Positions 1-12,304 of a stretch of DNA of 64,000 nucleotides are shown here, in pieces. Numbering within the stretch: the first letter of the stretch is position 1; every line of letters begins with the position of its first letter. A program made the position numbers and the translations under genes. The DNA is from Gnetum montanum (lineage: Eukaryota > Plantae > Gnetophyta). A model generated the notes under the pieces. That model was not told where the DNA came from and did not search any database. It saw only the letters and a list, made by a program, of their open reading frames with translations. The DNA is taken from contig MNCI01002794.1 of assembly GCA_015680685.1 (NCBI GenBank), forward strand, positions 78,284 through 142,283. Reading direction: 5' to 3'.

Positions 1-3000
1 TGGATATAGGAAATGTCAGAGTTTAAATGCTATCATAAATACAACACTTTATTCATTGCTCGTCACATGGGCATGACCTTCCATAACCCACTCGGAACCG
101 TCTACCATGCTAGAGGGTAAGTCCTATTATGATAAGAGAAATTTCATTTCTTTTGCCTTGTATGTTTTGGAATGCTTGTTGCCATTTTATTTATTGCCAA
201 ATTTATGGTTGATAATAATGGCCTCCATGATAGAGAGGGGGCATTAGCCCTAACCCAAATGGTGGTATGAGAGTTCTCATCTGCTGAGAACATATGTGCT
301 GGTGTTATAGAGCAACTTGGGATAGACATGAGGACTTATCTAACTAAGTACTCCAAATCTTACATGAAATGTTAGGATCTGGGGTGGTTAGATGGTGAGT
401 GGACATCTAGCTGGATACCCACTATGGAAGAAGTGTTAGTTCAAATATCATCATTCCCCACACCATTCATGCAAAGTGAGTTGTATTATTTATTTTTCTT
501 CTTGAATTTTTAATTTCTTCCTTTTCAGTACATGGCTAATTCTATTTTTTATTTATTGCAATAGCAACCAAATAAAAGGAGGTTATAGTGATAGTCTTAG
601 GGCACAGTAAGGCCAACCTACTTTTTAAATATGGTGAGGTTGATGACTCACAACGTTGGTTGTGCCATGAGGCCCCAGTGACCATTATCCACAATGTTGA
701 AGAGGCTAGGTTCATGGACCTCTTTTTGGCTGTGAATCCCAACATCCCATCGGTGAAGATGGTTACTCTTGTGAACTATTTTACAAAAAAAAAAAACTAA
801 CTACTTTTGTATGCAAGTGCATAATGTGCATGTGGTGTTCGAGATCAATGATGATCTCTTTGCGGATCTCTTTGGTGTTCCTTCTGAAGGCTTACTTGTG
901 GACGAAAAAATGAGCAAGGATCTAAGCCATAGAGGGGATATTAAAGAGTGGTTGGACACCAGTAAAGACTGCAAAGGCATCTACATGAAAAAAGTCAAAT
1001 TGGAGGTGGCCCAGGACATCTATCTCATCTTTCGAGCTTGTGCTTTCCCCAAGCTACTTTTCTAAGGAAAAGTTCTTGGATAGAGTAGGCTTGGATCATG
1101 AGGGACATGATGGAAGAAGGGACATGGTACAACTAGGCTAGGTATCTTGCAGATGGTTTGTAGGCTAAAATGATCAAACTACACAATAAACTTAAGGCAC
1201 ACTCTCATGTTCATTTTGCCTTTTTTATAGTGTGCTTACATAGGTTTGCAGAATTCCTAGTGGTCTGTGAAAATGGGATACGGGTGGTGCAAGACCGCAT
1301 TCAAATATCCAAACCATGTATTTGCCATATCTTCTACATAACCCAGTCACAGGACCCTCTAGAAGCTATTGGTAAGTCCTTTTCAATGATCATGAAGGAT
1401 TACGTAGGACTGTCCCACTACGCATGTGATAGTATTGGAGAGGCTCCTCCCATCCATAGGGGTAGTGTAGTGAGGGGATCACATCTCATTACTAAGAGAG
1501 GAAAATCCAAATTTTAGATCAAAAAGCCTCACCTCATAGAGGTTCTCTTACATGCAATCAAGGAAAGGGGTAAGCGGTTACGTATCAAAGTCCGCAATGT
1601 GTGCTCTGAGTTTACCAGTAAGCATGTTTTAGTTGGCATATTCATTATTTGTCTTCCTTTTCTTTGTGCATATACATAACCATAGCCTATGTATCATAGA
1701 AGAAGAGGAGGCCTCTGTTGCCAAAGAAGAGGCCCCTATTGTAGAGTAGGAGGTCCCTACCACAAAAGAGGAGGCCCCTGCTGCAGAGGAGCCTTCTTTA
1801 GAAAATGCCTCACAACCTGAGGAACATATGTCAACTAAAGATGCTACCACACTCTTGAGGTAGCTTGAAGAAGAGGGGCTACATTTTGAGGATGGTGAGT
1901 TTGATGGTTTGTTTGATAGTGTGCAGATGGGTGATCCCCTTGCTCTCATCCTTGAGGGTTTGCTGCGTAGGAGCTTTGCACTACCATTTATATTATGCTC
2001 TTTTTTTTCCCTCTTTTATCTTATCCCCTTTTCCTTTTCTCTCTTCTTTTTTATTTGATAGTTATGTTTTTTTTTTGATTCCCCCCCTTTTTTTCTTTTA
2101 GTAATACTGACTTGCCTTATCTTGCAATGGGTAATGCATTTGCCCAGGGTCTTGAATCATGATTCACCTTTCATCTACAACCATGGGCAGGAACCTTAGA
2201 CAAGTTTGCTTTTATGGAGGGGATAGTGGATGATATGATCAATCATCTAAAGAAGATAGATCCTAAAATAGGTATATATTTAGGTTACTAGGTTTCTCTT
2301 TTCGTTTTTGTCTTTGTCTCATGATTAACATTTTCTCTCTTGGATGTAATAGCCTTGCAACTGAAATGGGACCAAAGAAGGGCAGTTGAATTCAAAGCTA
2401 TGCTTGATCTTCCTTCTAAGGTATCAGAGGTGCCTTGTCACATATATGATGAAGTAAGCAAATGCGAGCTACACTCGACATGATTGTTGTGCGATTGTAG
2501 GCATGTAAATAAGGACCTCTAAAAATGAGTTCAAAAACTCAAAAAGGAGAAAGTAAGCTAGGAAGCTTGATTGGAGGATTTACAATTATGTTATGACTTC
2601 CTAATGGCCTGTGATAAAGTAGATGGTAGTTGGTGTATGGCCATGATTGATTATGCTAGATATTGGTTAGCTATGTAGGGTAAGAATGAAGCTACATGTG
2701 ATGTGATCAAGCAATGCCTACAAATGAATCTCCTAGCCCAAAAGAACCAAGATTAGAAAGACTATAGTGCCAAGATGTATGAATGGGGGAAGGCATAAAA
2801 GAATCACAAGCATCAATAAAAAATGGAACGTGTTGCCTATCGCAAAAAATAAAGAGATGAATCTATAGAATGCTAAGGTCACTTATTATTTCTTGATGAA
2901 ATTGGAGCCACCTAGGCTTATAATAGATTTGTGAAACATCTAGTGGTTAGTGAGTCCCTAGAGAGGGAAATGACCATGCCTTCTAGGGAAACCACATTTG

Positions 3001-3328
3001 CTACATTTTCCCTAGGGCCACCTATGTGGACCACCATGGAGAAGGAAAAGATCCTAAGAGGTGTTAATTTGGGAGAGGAAGACTAGGCAACTATGATAGA
3101 GGAGGAAATCCTATGACGCTTGGAGTCTGGCCTCAATAGAATGCTACCAGACATGGATGTAGGCCCATCATAGTTAAGTTTGCTTTATTATGATTTATTC
3201 CATGATGGTGCCATGTGTTATCCTATTTATTGATTGATTTATTGCTTTTTCATTGGTTTGTATAGGATCTAGATGAGGATGTAGGACCTAGCAAAGTAGA
3301 GGATAAGGATAGAGGGGAGGAGCCATAG
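1..3328 (+). pseudogene. Antisense multi-exon accessory gene of element A (5' end outside window; function unknown, coiled-coil-like C-terminus)
   Basis: Peptides align with 22363-26059, e.g. FHNPLGTVYHARG/F*NPLGNVYQVQG, INDDLFADLFGVP/INEGTLCDLFGVP, RACAFPKLL/*SHAFPKLL, FHLQPWAGTLDK/FHMKPWVEVLDK. T-rich introns at 117-~220 (acceptor degenerate), 476-~564, 1618-1685, 1958-2101, 2272-2352, ~3173-3265. Many in-frame stops. Confidence 0.8.
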
Positions 3329-3524
3329 TCTTTATACTGATGTTTTAAAAGATTTAAAATGTGATCCCATTGTTGGACAATTTTGTAACTTTGACAATGG
3401 ACACCACCTTGGACCATGTGGTTTATTTACAATTTAACAAAAAGCATGATACTGATTGTTTTTCTTTTGCTCAATCAATATATTTTTTGTTTTTTGATGT
3501 AATTGGACCTCTCATGGGTTCCAT

Positions 3525-3772
3525 ACAATAGTTTAAGGCCATTTTAGGTTGTGGGTTGCTATAAGAGGAAGTGGGCTACTAGTTTTAGGCCTTGGTGGGC
3601 CATGCAATAGTTTAAGGCCATTCTAGGCCATGGCTATGATTTAAGGTCATTTCAGGTCATGGCTACTAGTAAGAGTGAGTTGGCTACAAATTTTAGGCCT
3701 TGGCACCATATGGTATTTTAAGGCCATTCCGGGCCATGCTATAGTTTAAGGCCATTTTGTGCCATGGGTTAG
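3525..3772. repeat. Degenerate tandem array of ~30-bp AGTTTAAGGCC-N6-GGCCATG hairpin units
   Basis: About 7 recurrences of (t)agtt(t/a)aggcc, most followed by a second ggcc/gcc-atg. Confidence 0.85.
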
Positions 3773-3898
3773 TAAGTTTTTTTTTGTGCTAAGTGAAAAC
3801 ATGACTATTGCAAAAAGTAATCATACTGCAAAATGAAATTGTATAGATCAAAAGAACCAAAGACAAACCAGTGGAAAAACATGAGTGAAGAACATGCC

Positions 3899-6800
3899 CT
3901 AATCATGTAAATGTTTCCTAACCCGATGTAGGTTAGGTGATGCATAAGGTTGGGGAGACACGGAGGGATATTCTTCTAAGTCATTATCCATTGTAGAAAA
4001 AGGAAATTCTACCCATAAATTCTCTTTGTGAGGAACACTCATTTTGTTTAGCTCACCCGTTGACCAACATTGGATTTCATTGGAAACAATTGGGGAATCT
4101 TCAAGGACTTCTATCTCCATCCCTTTCTCAGTGCGTATATTGTTGATAACCTAAGGGGCTTTGTTGTCACCAAAGATTACCACTTCTCTACTTGCATAGG
4201 GCAAGTGTATCTCCTAGTGGATAGGTGAAGAGACAACCCTTAATTGCGCTAGCCAAGATCTTCCTAAGATTAAATTGAAACCAGGCATTTCCTCAACTAT
4301 GATGAATTGTGCATTAGTGGGGAATTGGTTTCTTGCTACAAAATCAATGGTAATGATTCCTTTAACCATGACATGTGCCCCATTGAAGGATTTTAAATAG
4401 GCAGTGGTTGTTGGCTTGATTTGGTCCACCTAGCCAAGCTTGTCAATGATAGGGAACAAGATAACATTTGTTACAGCCCCATCATCAACATGCATCCTAA
4501 GAATCCTATATTGATCCACATGAATTGTGATAAACATGGGGGTAGTGGTCACTTGCTCCTTTTTAGGGTCAACTTTAATAGCTTCATTGTAAAAGGTTAA
4601 GGTTTTTGGCTTTAGCTCTTCAGTGGCAGGTGGGAGCATTATGAAATGAATTGCCTTTTCTTCTGTTGGCATGTCCTCCTTAATGGGAATATGTGCCATC
4701 ATATGAACCAAAGCCTCATGATGCATAGAAGAAGTCATAATGAAATCATATAGACTTAATGTTGTATTTTTTGTTTTAAAGCCTATTTAACTTGCGTAAG
4801 TGCATCTAGAAAGTCTTGTCCACCATCTAGTTGCTTGGCTATTTTTACCTCCATATGTCCTAAGAGACATATTTCACAAGGAGGAGGCGACTTGATTGTG
4901 GTGTGAGCAGTAGGCCTTTGAGATTTGGGGGTTGCTTGTTGCTCATGTATGTCTATTTTAGCTTTAAAGAATGGCTCCATGGGAACTACTAATAAGGGAG
5001 TAGGCTTGGGAGGTCTAGTGCAGTGTGTTCTTTAGCCATGTTGTTAGCTAGACGTTCATCATGCCTTTTCAGGAAAGAGGTTTATGATGCAGTTCCAATC
5101 ACCGAAGCTTGAGTAGATGGAGGATTTGTACTTTGTGGAACTCTTACCACAAAAGGTTCTTGGGTTGTTCTTATAGTGTCATGCGGGGCTCTAACTACAA
5201 AAGGTGTCAAAGGTGCTTGAGACGGTACCTTGATCACAAAGGGGGCCTGTGGCCTTGTTGTCATCGAAGTCTTAGTGCCACGAGAGGGTACTCAGACTAC
5301 AAATGTTTCCTACATTACCTCTACATTGTCTTCAATTCTAGTAACATTAATAGTGTATCCTACGTTGCTCACATATAATGGGTCTTTGTAAACATTCATG
5401 GATTGGTTCTTTAGCTAGACAGGATTATTGTCATCAAAGACTAACTTGCGGCCAATCATGTGTTGAATATCATCTTTCAGTGCAAGACAATAATCCATGT
5501 CATGACCATGCAACTAATGATAGTTGTAGAATCAGTCTAGTCTAAAATTCTTAGGCATCGGTGGCTCATTAGACATAGTTATAGAGGGGTCCCAAAGGAT
5601 CTCACAGTACCTTTCTTGACTTTTATGGGCATCCTCCGACATTTTTTTATGTTGAATATGCTCGACGCTAAATAGTTGATCCAACAGCTTTGATGGATTA
5701 AGGGGCAGAGGGGTGTATTTCGAGCGATCCTTGAACTCAAAGTTTGATCTTGGTGGAGCTTGTCCTATGGCTGTTGATGATGTAGGTTGGTTGGTTCCCA
5801 CATTTCTAGAGCCTAACTCTTTGTTAGTAGTGGCTAGGGCTTTAGGTGCCTTGGTTGCTTGCTTGTTTTTTATAGGCTTGGCATTAGCAGCCATGGTTGC
5901 CACTATGGTTATTGTGGCATTTCCCTTTTCTTTATCCTTTCTTACATGTGTGTTTTTATAGGCTACATAAGTTGGGTCTTTACTAGCTTCTACTGCATCT
6001 TGTATGCTTTTTGTTTGGGAAAAAGCTTGACTAAGGGAGTGAGGAGCTAAGTAATATAGCTTGGATTTGATAAAATCATTCATTACACCTTTAAAGATAG
6101 CTAGAAAGTGGATTTTAGCAATAGGCTCATGAATTTCATTTAGAGAAGTGCTTCATCATTGTATAAATTTCTGCATAGGTTCGAGTGCTTCTTACTTAAT
6201 GCTCATAAGTTGGTCCAAAGTGGCCTCTGGCTTCAAGTTGTACTTGACACAAATCACAAATTGGCTTAGCAATTCTTCTAAAGTCAAGATGGAAGCACAA
6301 GGCAACGTGTGATACCAATCTAATACTTTTCCAGTCATAGACATGGTGAAGACCTAGATAATAGCATGTGGCCATGGCTATAGCAACAAAGATTCGAAGT
6401 GAAAGGTGACTAGGTGAGCATTCGGGTCACCTTCCCCATTGTGCTTTGTGAATTATAGGAGTTGAATCCCAGGGGGCAACATAAGTGGAGGAATGATAGG
6501 GCTAATAGGATCATCTTGGTAAAAGTCCATTACATGGACCACTTCAGAGTTGGCAGTTTTAAGCTGCTTAACCTCCTCAGTGAGGGTTTGGATGAGCTGG
6601 AATGCTTGATCTAGCCTTGAGGATGCTATGGAGGGTTGTGTTAATGGTGTTTTTGGTGGTGCCATTTGCATAGCTTCCAGCCCTACTAGGGATACCATTA
6701 GAGTGGCCCCTATTGGTAGTGTGGCTAAAGCAACCCACAGCCCCATAGGCGGTGCTGCCAAGGCAACTCCCATTGACGATTCTATTGAAGAAGCCCATGG

Positions 6801-7676
6801 CCTCATAGTCAGTTGTGCTATATGTGATTCCTGGTACATTTGTGGTTGCATATACAGTGGCATCTAAGACAATTGCATGGTAGGGAAGGAAGTTGCCGCC
6901 CATCATGTGGTTGAAGCTAGAGTTGTTGCTGGTGGTGGGACTGATGGAGGGGGGATAATGGGGATGGGGCTTGTTTGTGGCTATGACACAGGCATGGTAT
7001 GGACATAAAGCAACATGGGCATGATAGAAACTTGCTAGAAAAATTGAGTAGATTGTAGAGGAGTAATAATAGGAAAAGAAGCTGAAGGTACAAGATTATG
7101 TTGCATTGACAACATTTGGTGACATTCTACCATCGACGAGGGTTTGGGCTACGGTAATTTCATAGCCATAGCGAATGAGGTAGAAGAATGTGATTAGTGT
7201 AGCAAGGATGCTAAGATAGACTATGAGGCTTGGACATAAGATGGGACACCAACTTTAGAATGAGACTCAAACTCCTCTTGTCCATCTTGTTGTGGCTCAT
7301 CATAGTTGGACACTATGTCTTGTTCTTTTAGCCCAACCATTCGGATATGCTGATCTAGAATCCATTAGAAAGATTCGATAAGTGGTATCACCACACCATA
7401 AGTAGAAAGGAGCTCCTTTCCATTTTGGTGAATAATTTCAAAGCTACATTTTTCTTCTACTTCTTGGTGGTCCAAAAATAGACCCGCATGAACCTTTGTG
7501 CATAAAAAGTTATACTACTCTTCATCAAGTACTGTGTGTTTGGGTGACAGGTGATGTAGTCTAAGAGATTGCCATTGTGGTTGTATTGAGCTAAGGGATT
7601 GCTTGACATCCATACCATGCTGAACGCAATGAGCTAGTTGTAGACTTGTACTGGTTGAAGTGTTGGTAGGATTCAT
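3899..7676 (-). pseudogene. gag: gag-aspartic protease of element A
   Basis: Retrotrans_gag-like FTKHNGEGDPNAHL...WYHTLP (6100-6455); zinc-knuckle-like YH*LHGHDMDYCLALKDDIQ (~5465-5525); protease RMHVDDGAVTNVI and FNLILGRSWL; stop at 3899; no RT follows. Start codon is tentative. Confidence 0.85.
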
Positions 7677-8132
7677 TTTTACTGTGTCAAAAAATATGTG
7701 AGGAGAGACACTTGTAATAAATGTTTAAATTTTAAGGTGAAATGGTTTAGTATGGGAGATGTAAAGAAAATAAGCCAAAAATGGCTAAGTATTGGAAATG
7801 CTAAAAAATGGCTATTTGTACTACTATGCTAGTCATGCTTTGTGGGACTATCACACTGGTAGGACTATCACACTAACAGGGTTGTCACACTGACAAGGCA
7901 CTTAGAGCTAGGCACAGTGAAGTGTCTTGGGCTTTCCATCCTATGGGGTTCTAGGGGAACCATCAATAGGGACCAATCTACACCAACCAAAACATAGACA
8001 ACTCCTACGCTGGCCTATGATATCGCTAGTACAATGGCAAGTCCATAGGAGTGTCACATCTATGCTAACTTGCAACTAGTAACGGAGGTACAGAAAGCAT
8101 GTAGGACTACCTATGGCATGTAGAAGGAACAT

Positions 8133-8160
8133 GGAGGTTCAAGCCCTCCTTATAGTGCCA
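8133..8160 (-). promoter_or_regulatory. Primer-binding site, tRNA-Asn(GUU) type, extended to 28 nt
   Basis: Plus strand ggaggttcaagccctccttatagtgcca resembles the 3' end of plant tRNA-Asn as I recall it (GGAGGTTCRA..CCTCCTTCTAGCGCCA); 4 nt from the LTR end. Confidence 0.8.
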
Positions 8161-8164
8161 AAAA

Positions 8165-10226
8165 TCGTAGCGTTCGAAGAAATTGATGGCTGGAACACTA
8201 AGGGATCGTTAGGTGCATAGCCTAACCCTGAGTCCATAGGAAAGCCATGTTGAAAAAAATGGAAATGGGGCACCCTAAACGGTCTACTCAATTAGATAGG
8301 GACTTATGTGATGTACAATAACCATTTGCAAATAGAGTTTTTAGAGCATCACACACAAGAGCTAGGACAAGCAGAAACAAGACATAGACTACAACATGAG
8401 TGTACTGATGCATATTGATAGGATAATAATTAAAAATTATGCTAACAATTTGGAATACATGTGAAAAGTAATGAAGTGCAAGCTTAGGTAAAGGAATGCA
8501 CTACTCCAAGTTTGGGAAATGCATCTCTTGATTAAATGATGTGTCAAACTAGTACTTGGTATCAGACTAGCACAACAAGGTAGTGTGGCAGTGTGGTCAC
8601 AATCTCTTGGGACATGGTGAATAGTTGCTGCAAGAGACGTTGGGCCGACTAGGTTAGTAGTTGCTATATTGGGCAAGTGCAAGGTCACAGTGCTCAAATA
8701 GATGTCATGCTTGGGTTTTCAAATGCAAGAGAGAGGGAGTTGCTGAGAGAATTCTAATGATGGGATTTGCCGATCATCAACCTTCTACTCACCAATCTTC
8801 TACCAAAGCTAACTATAAAAGCCAACCCTTAAAATGCTGATTACTAGAATATTTATAGAGCTAGGGTTGACAGGAGATGCAAACTAGGTGCCACGTGGCC
8901 TAGATCCCATGTAACATGGATGTGAACACGTCATGTTGACCTATTACACTCAAAGTGTCAAGCTTAATGGTGTTATTCTCTACAAGATAGGAACAAAGAC
9001 TAAGGCTTTGCCAAGATGTGACCACACTACCCAAACTGCACATGCTAAAGTCTGAGGGACTACCATGTATCTACAAATCATGCCAAAACAAGCGCAACTA
9101 GGAGCCCATGCTCCTGGACTATGTCTTCCCCTACTTCTCAGTAGGGTTAAGCATAAAGACAATTTTGGGGATTAATAGGGGATGAAAAAATAAAACAAAT
9201 TGCTGATTTTAGCCATTGGATAGATGTTGGAGTAGGCATGAAGGTCGATGCCAAATTTTGGGGACTTTTGGAGGCATTTTCTAAGTGTTATGCTGTCTAC
9301 ACTACCTAGCGTGACATAGCGTAGTGTAAACACATAGAAATTTTTTTTGGTTTTGGCCTGCTACAATGTCTACATTGCATAGCATAACAGAGTGTAGCAC
9401 TCTTATTTTGGTGAATTTTGCCAATACTGGAAATGCCACTCTAGAATGTAGCAAGACAGGCAACTTTAGCAACCAAAAAATGCATCTTCCATTTCAGAAT
9501 AGCTTGATACCTCCTCATTTCACATGTAGAAAATTTTGATGCTAGAACCCCTATTACACTATCTACACTATGCAGCATAGCAAAGCGTAACATGAATTTT
9601 TTGATGAATTTTGATAAAACTTACCATGTTTTTCCATGACACGCTAATTACACTTCAAGGATGAAGTAGGATAGGTTGCCCCGAAAGTTGAAAAACCATC
9701 GAATGCACCTTCCATGTTTACAGACTTCTAGTTCAACCCTTAGAAACGTTTTGGTCCTTGATCCTGCACTACACGATCTATGCTATGTAGCATAGTAGGC
9801 CCAAAAGATAGAAAATCTACTAAACTATTTTGGTCATCCTGAGCATTTTTAACAACTCCTAGCTTGGCACTTGGGTGGGTTGGCAACTAGGACATGTGTC
9901 AATTTGTGCAAGCTAAAGACCATAGCAAGCTTGATGACCTGAGAGATAGAAAATTTGTTGAGTTGTTTAGTCCATCCTTAGTGCTTCATTAACTGCTTTT
10001 GGGTTGTCATTTTCACAAACTAGCCTTGGAAAGATGTGCTACGCTGGCTGTGTTGGGGAGCGTAGCAGACAGACTTAGGAAATTTTTGGATTCTAATGTG
10101 CTATGCTATCTATGCTACATAGTGTGACACCAACATAACACCAAACTTAGAAAAATTTTTCCCAAGTTTCAACACTTAGAAAAATCTTCCATTGAACTAC
10201 AGGAGCCCAAAATTAGTGGTGTTTCA
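8165..10226 (-). repeat. 5' LTR of element A
   Basis: Begins TGAAACACCACTAATTTTGGG on minus; reverse-complement homolog of the TSD-bounded solo LTR 39059-41432; TATA-like ctataaata at ~8850; arrays of decayed CTACGCT/AGCGTAG motifs at 9290-10140. Confidence 0.88.
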
Positions 10227-12304
10227 TTATTATTTTTTAAAGATAACATAAATTTTAAGTAGTCTAAAATGATAACGTTTATAATATTTTTTGTTTTAAA
10301 AAGCTAGAATAATAATAATAATATTAAAAGGGAGGTATTATAAACAAAAAATATTAAAATAAAGATACAACCAAAGATATATAGTCCAATTAGAACTTAT
10401 AACTTACCATTGCCTACCATGATTAATCCTATAACTTGGAGTTTCCAAATCAAGAGTCTTACCACTAGGCTAATATATCATTATTATATTATATTATCAA
10501 AAAAAAAATAGTAGGATGTTTCAAGGCTTTATATGCTTTTAAAAATAAATACAAGAATTTAGGATTCTAGGCTTAGAAGGTTAGAAAATGAATTTTTCAG
10601 GCATCATCTATCCTACTATTTTGTATGGATGTGTTTTTGGGGACCTAGACTTAGTTCTAAGCTTTCGAAAGATATTATAATATTATAAAAAAATTTTCTT
10701 GATAAGGTAAAAGTGAAGATGAAAACATCTTACACAATGTCATTATGTCATTATGATTTATTACCTTTTGAAGCCGTAGCCTTGTAGCAATTCATTATAT
10801 ACATTGATAGTTTACATATCTCAAGGTAAGATAAATTCTCTAAAGTAGTTTTTGAGGATTTATGAGTCTATGGATAGTATTTTTAGGGAACACAATGGTT
10901 GAGAAAATGGAATATCTCTTGGAAGGATGTGCAACAAAATACAACAGCCCAATCATATTCGCTAGCTAGTCAAGTAGAAGTTTTTAATATAGATGTGGTC
11001 TAATGTAAAAGACAAAAGATAATTATATTTAAGTCATATTGGATTTGATAAACTAGATGTATAAGCTTACTATCTCTCATCTACTATTCTAGTTAAGTAT
11101 CAAAATGCTACCAACAAACTTTACTTAAGTTCTTACCATCTTGGAATTAAAAGTAGAAGATAGATTCAAGTCCACCCAAAAGAGTGTATTTGTTGGTTTT
11201 CTAGTTTTGGAGTCTTTGAAGATGAGTTACATGTATTTCTTTCTTATGCTGTGACTACCTATTTAATACAATGTTATAATGTTACAATAAAAAAATTTGT
11301 ATAATTTATTTTTTATGCTCCCATTAGTGCTTGATCAATTTGTAGATTCTATCTTATTTTTCATGAAAATGTAATATATGTCCAAGAGATCCTATGGGTC
11401 TTCGAATGTAATAAAGCTTCAATTTAATTTCATACAATGTAAGAAAAAATCTNTTGGGTCTTCGATTGTAATAAAGCTTCAATTTAATTTCATACAATGT
11501 AAGAAAAAATCTTCCTAAGAACATTACAACAAAAAAAGACCTTATACGGGTCTATATATTATGATTACTTTATCCTATGTAAATTATTAGATTTTTTATT
11601 TTTTATTTTTCTCTTTAGTTTTTATGTTTTTTTGTACTATATATCCAATGTACCTCTAGATAATATAACTAGGGAAAAAACCTCAAACGTACTAAATATT
11701 TTTTCCTAATAATTCATGAGCTTCCCAATTGAATTACTAGTTATATGTAGAAATAAGAATTGAACTCATGACCTCATAGCTAAAGGTACTTTAACTAGCA
11801 AGTTTTAGTGATACCTAGATCACTAAGTCCAAGATATTAGAAAATAATTTTTTGACTAATAGAAACAAATGAGAAATGTACATGATGAGATATTAGTAAA
11901 CTACAATGTTGAATATATAAACTGTAAACTAGAATAGACATAGAAGGAGAATAATATAAATCACATGCCTTTGTCATGTGTGTATTATTATTATGTCATA
12001 AAAGAAGATGAAATCAATTACTTATATAGATTAAATAGAAGAGTCATATTAGAAGAAATGAACACGTGCAACCAATAGTTGATATTACTTAGAAAACTAA
12101 AGTATACTTAATAAACTATAATAAAAGAAAACCATAATATATAGACATCGTAAATAGTGTCATACATCATAATGGTGTATACCAACAATGCAAAGTGTTA
12201 GAGAATATAGACATGAACTAACATGTTGAGCTTGCCAGAACACATAAAATCTTTAATGTTGTGCCCAAGATTAAGATGAAGATTAATAATGTTACATTAC
12301 TATC

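Larger units (their letters stand above)
1..10226 (-). mobile_element. Element A: Tat/Ogre-like Ty3/gypsy LTR retrotransposon, 3' part beyond the left edge of the window
   Basis: On the minus strand: 5' LTR, tRNA-Asn PBS, degenerate gag-protease, GGCC hairpin repeats, antisense spliced gene. Same layout as element B. Confidence 0.88.

Noticed and set aside
3525-3772. CRISPR-like array of palindromic repeats
   Set aside because: Units are degenerate and mostly head-to-tail without unique spacers; eukaryotic retroelement context; no cas genes.
8133-8160. tRNA gene or tRNA-derived SINE
   Set aside because: Only the 3' 28 nt including CCA are present, adjacent to an LTR end; this is a PBS.
3899-10226. 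Element A as a non-autonomous gag-only (TR-GAG-like) element
   Set aside because: Paralog B shows RT-INT beyond the antisense gene, and A's corresponding part would fall outside the window, so its absence cannot be claimed.
11396-11512. ~57-bp direct duplication
   Set aside because: The two copies are separated by a single n; most likely an unmerged contig overlap.
10227-12304. Possible host intergenic or gene sequence
   Set aside because: No ORF, exon pattern or recognisable motif; probably very old repeat debris continuous with 45620 onward, left unannotated.
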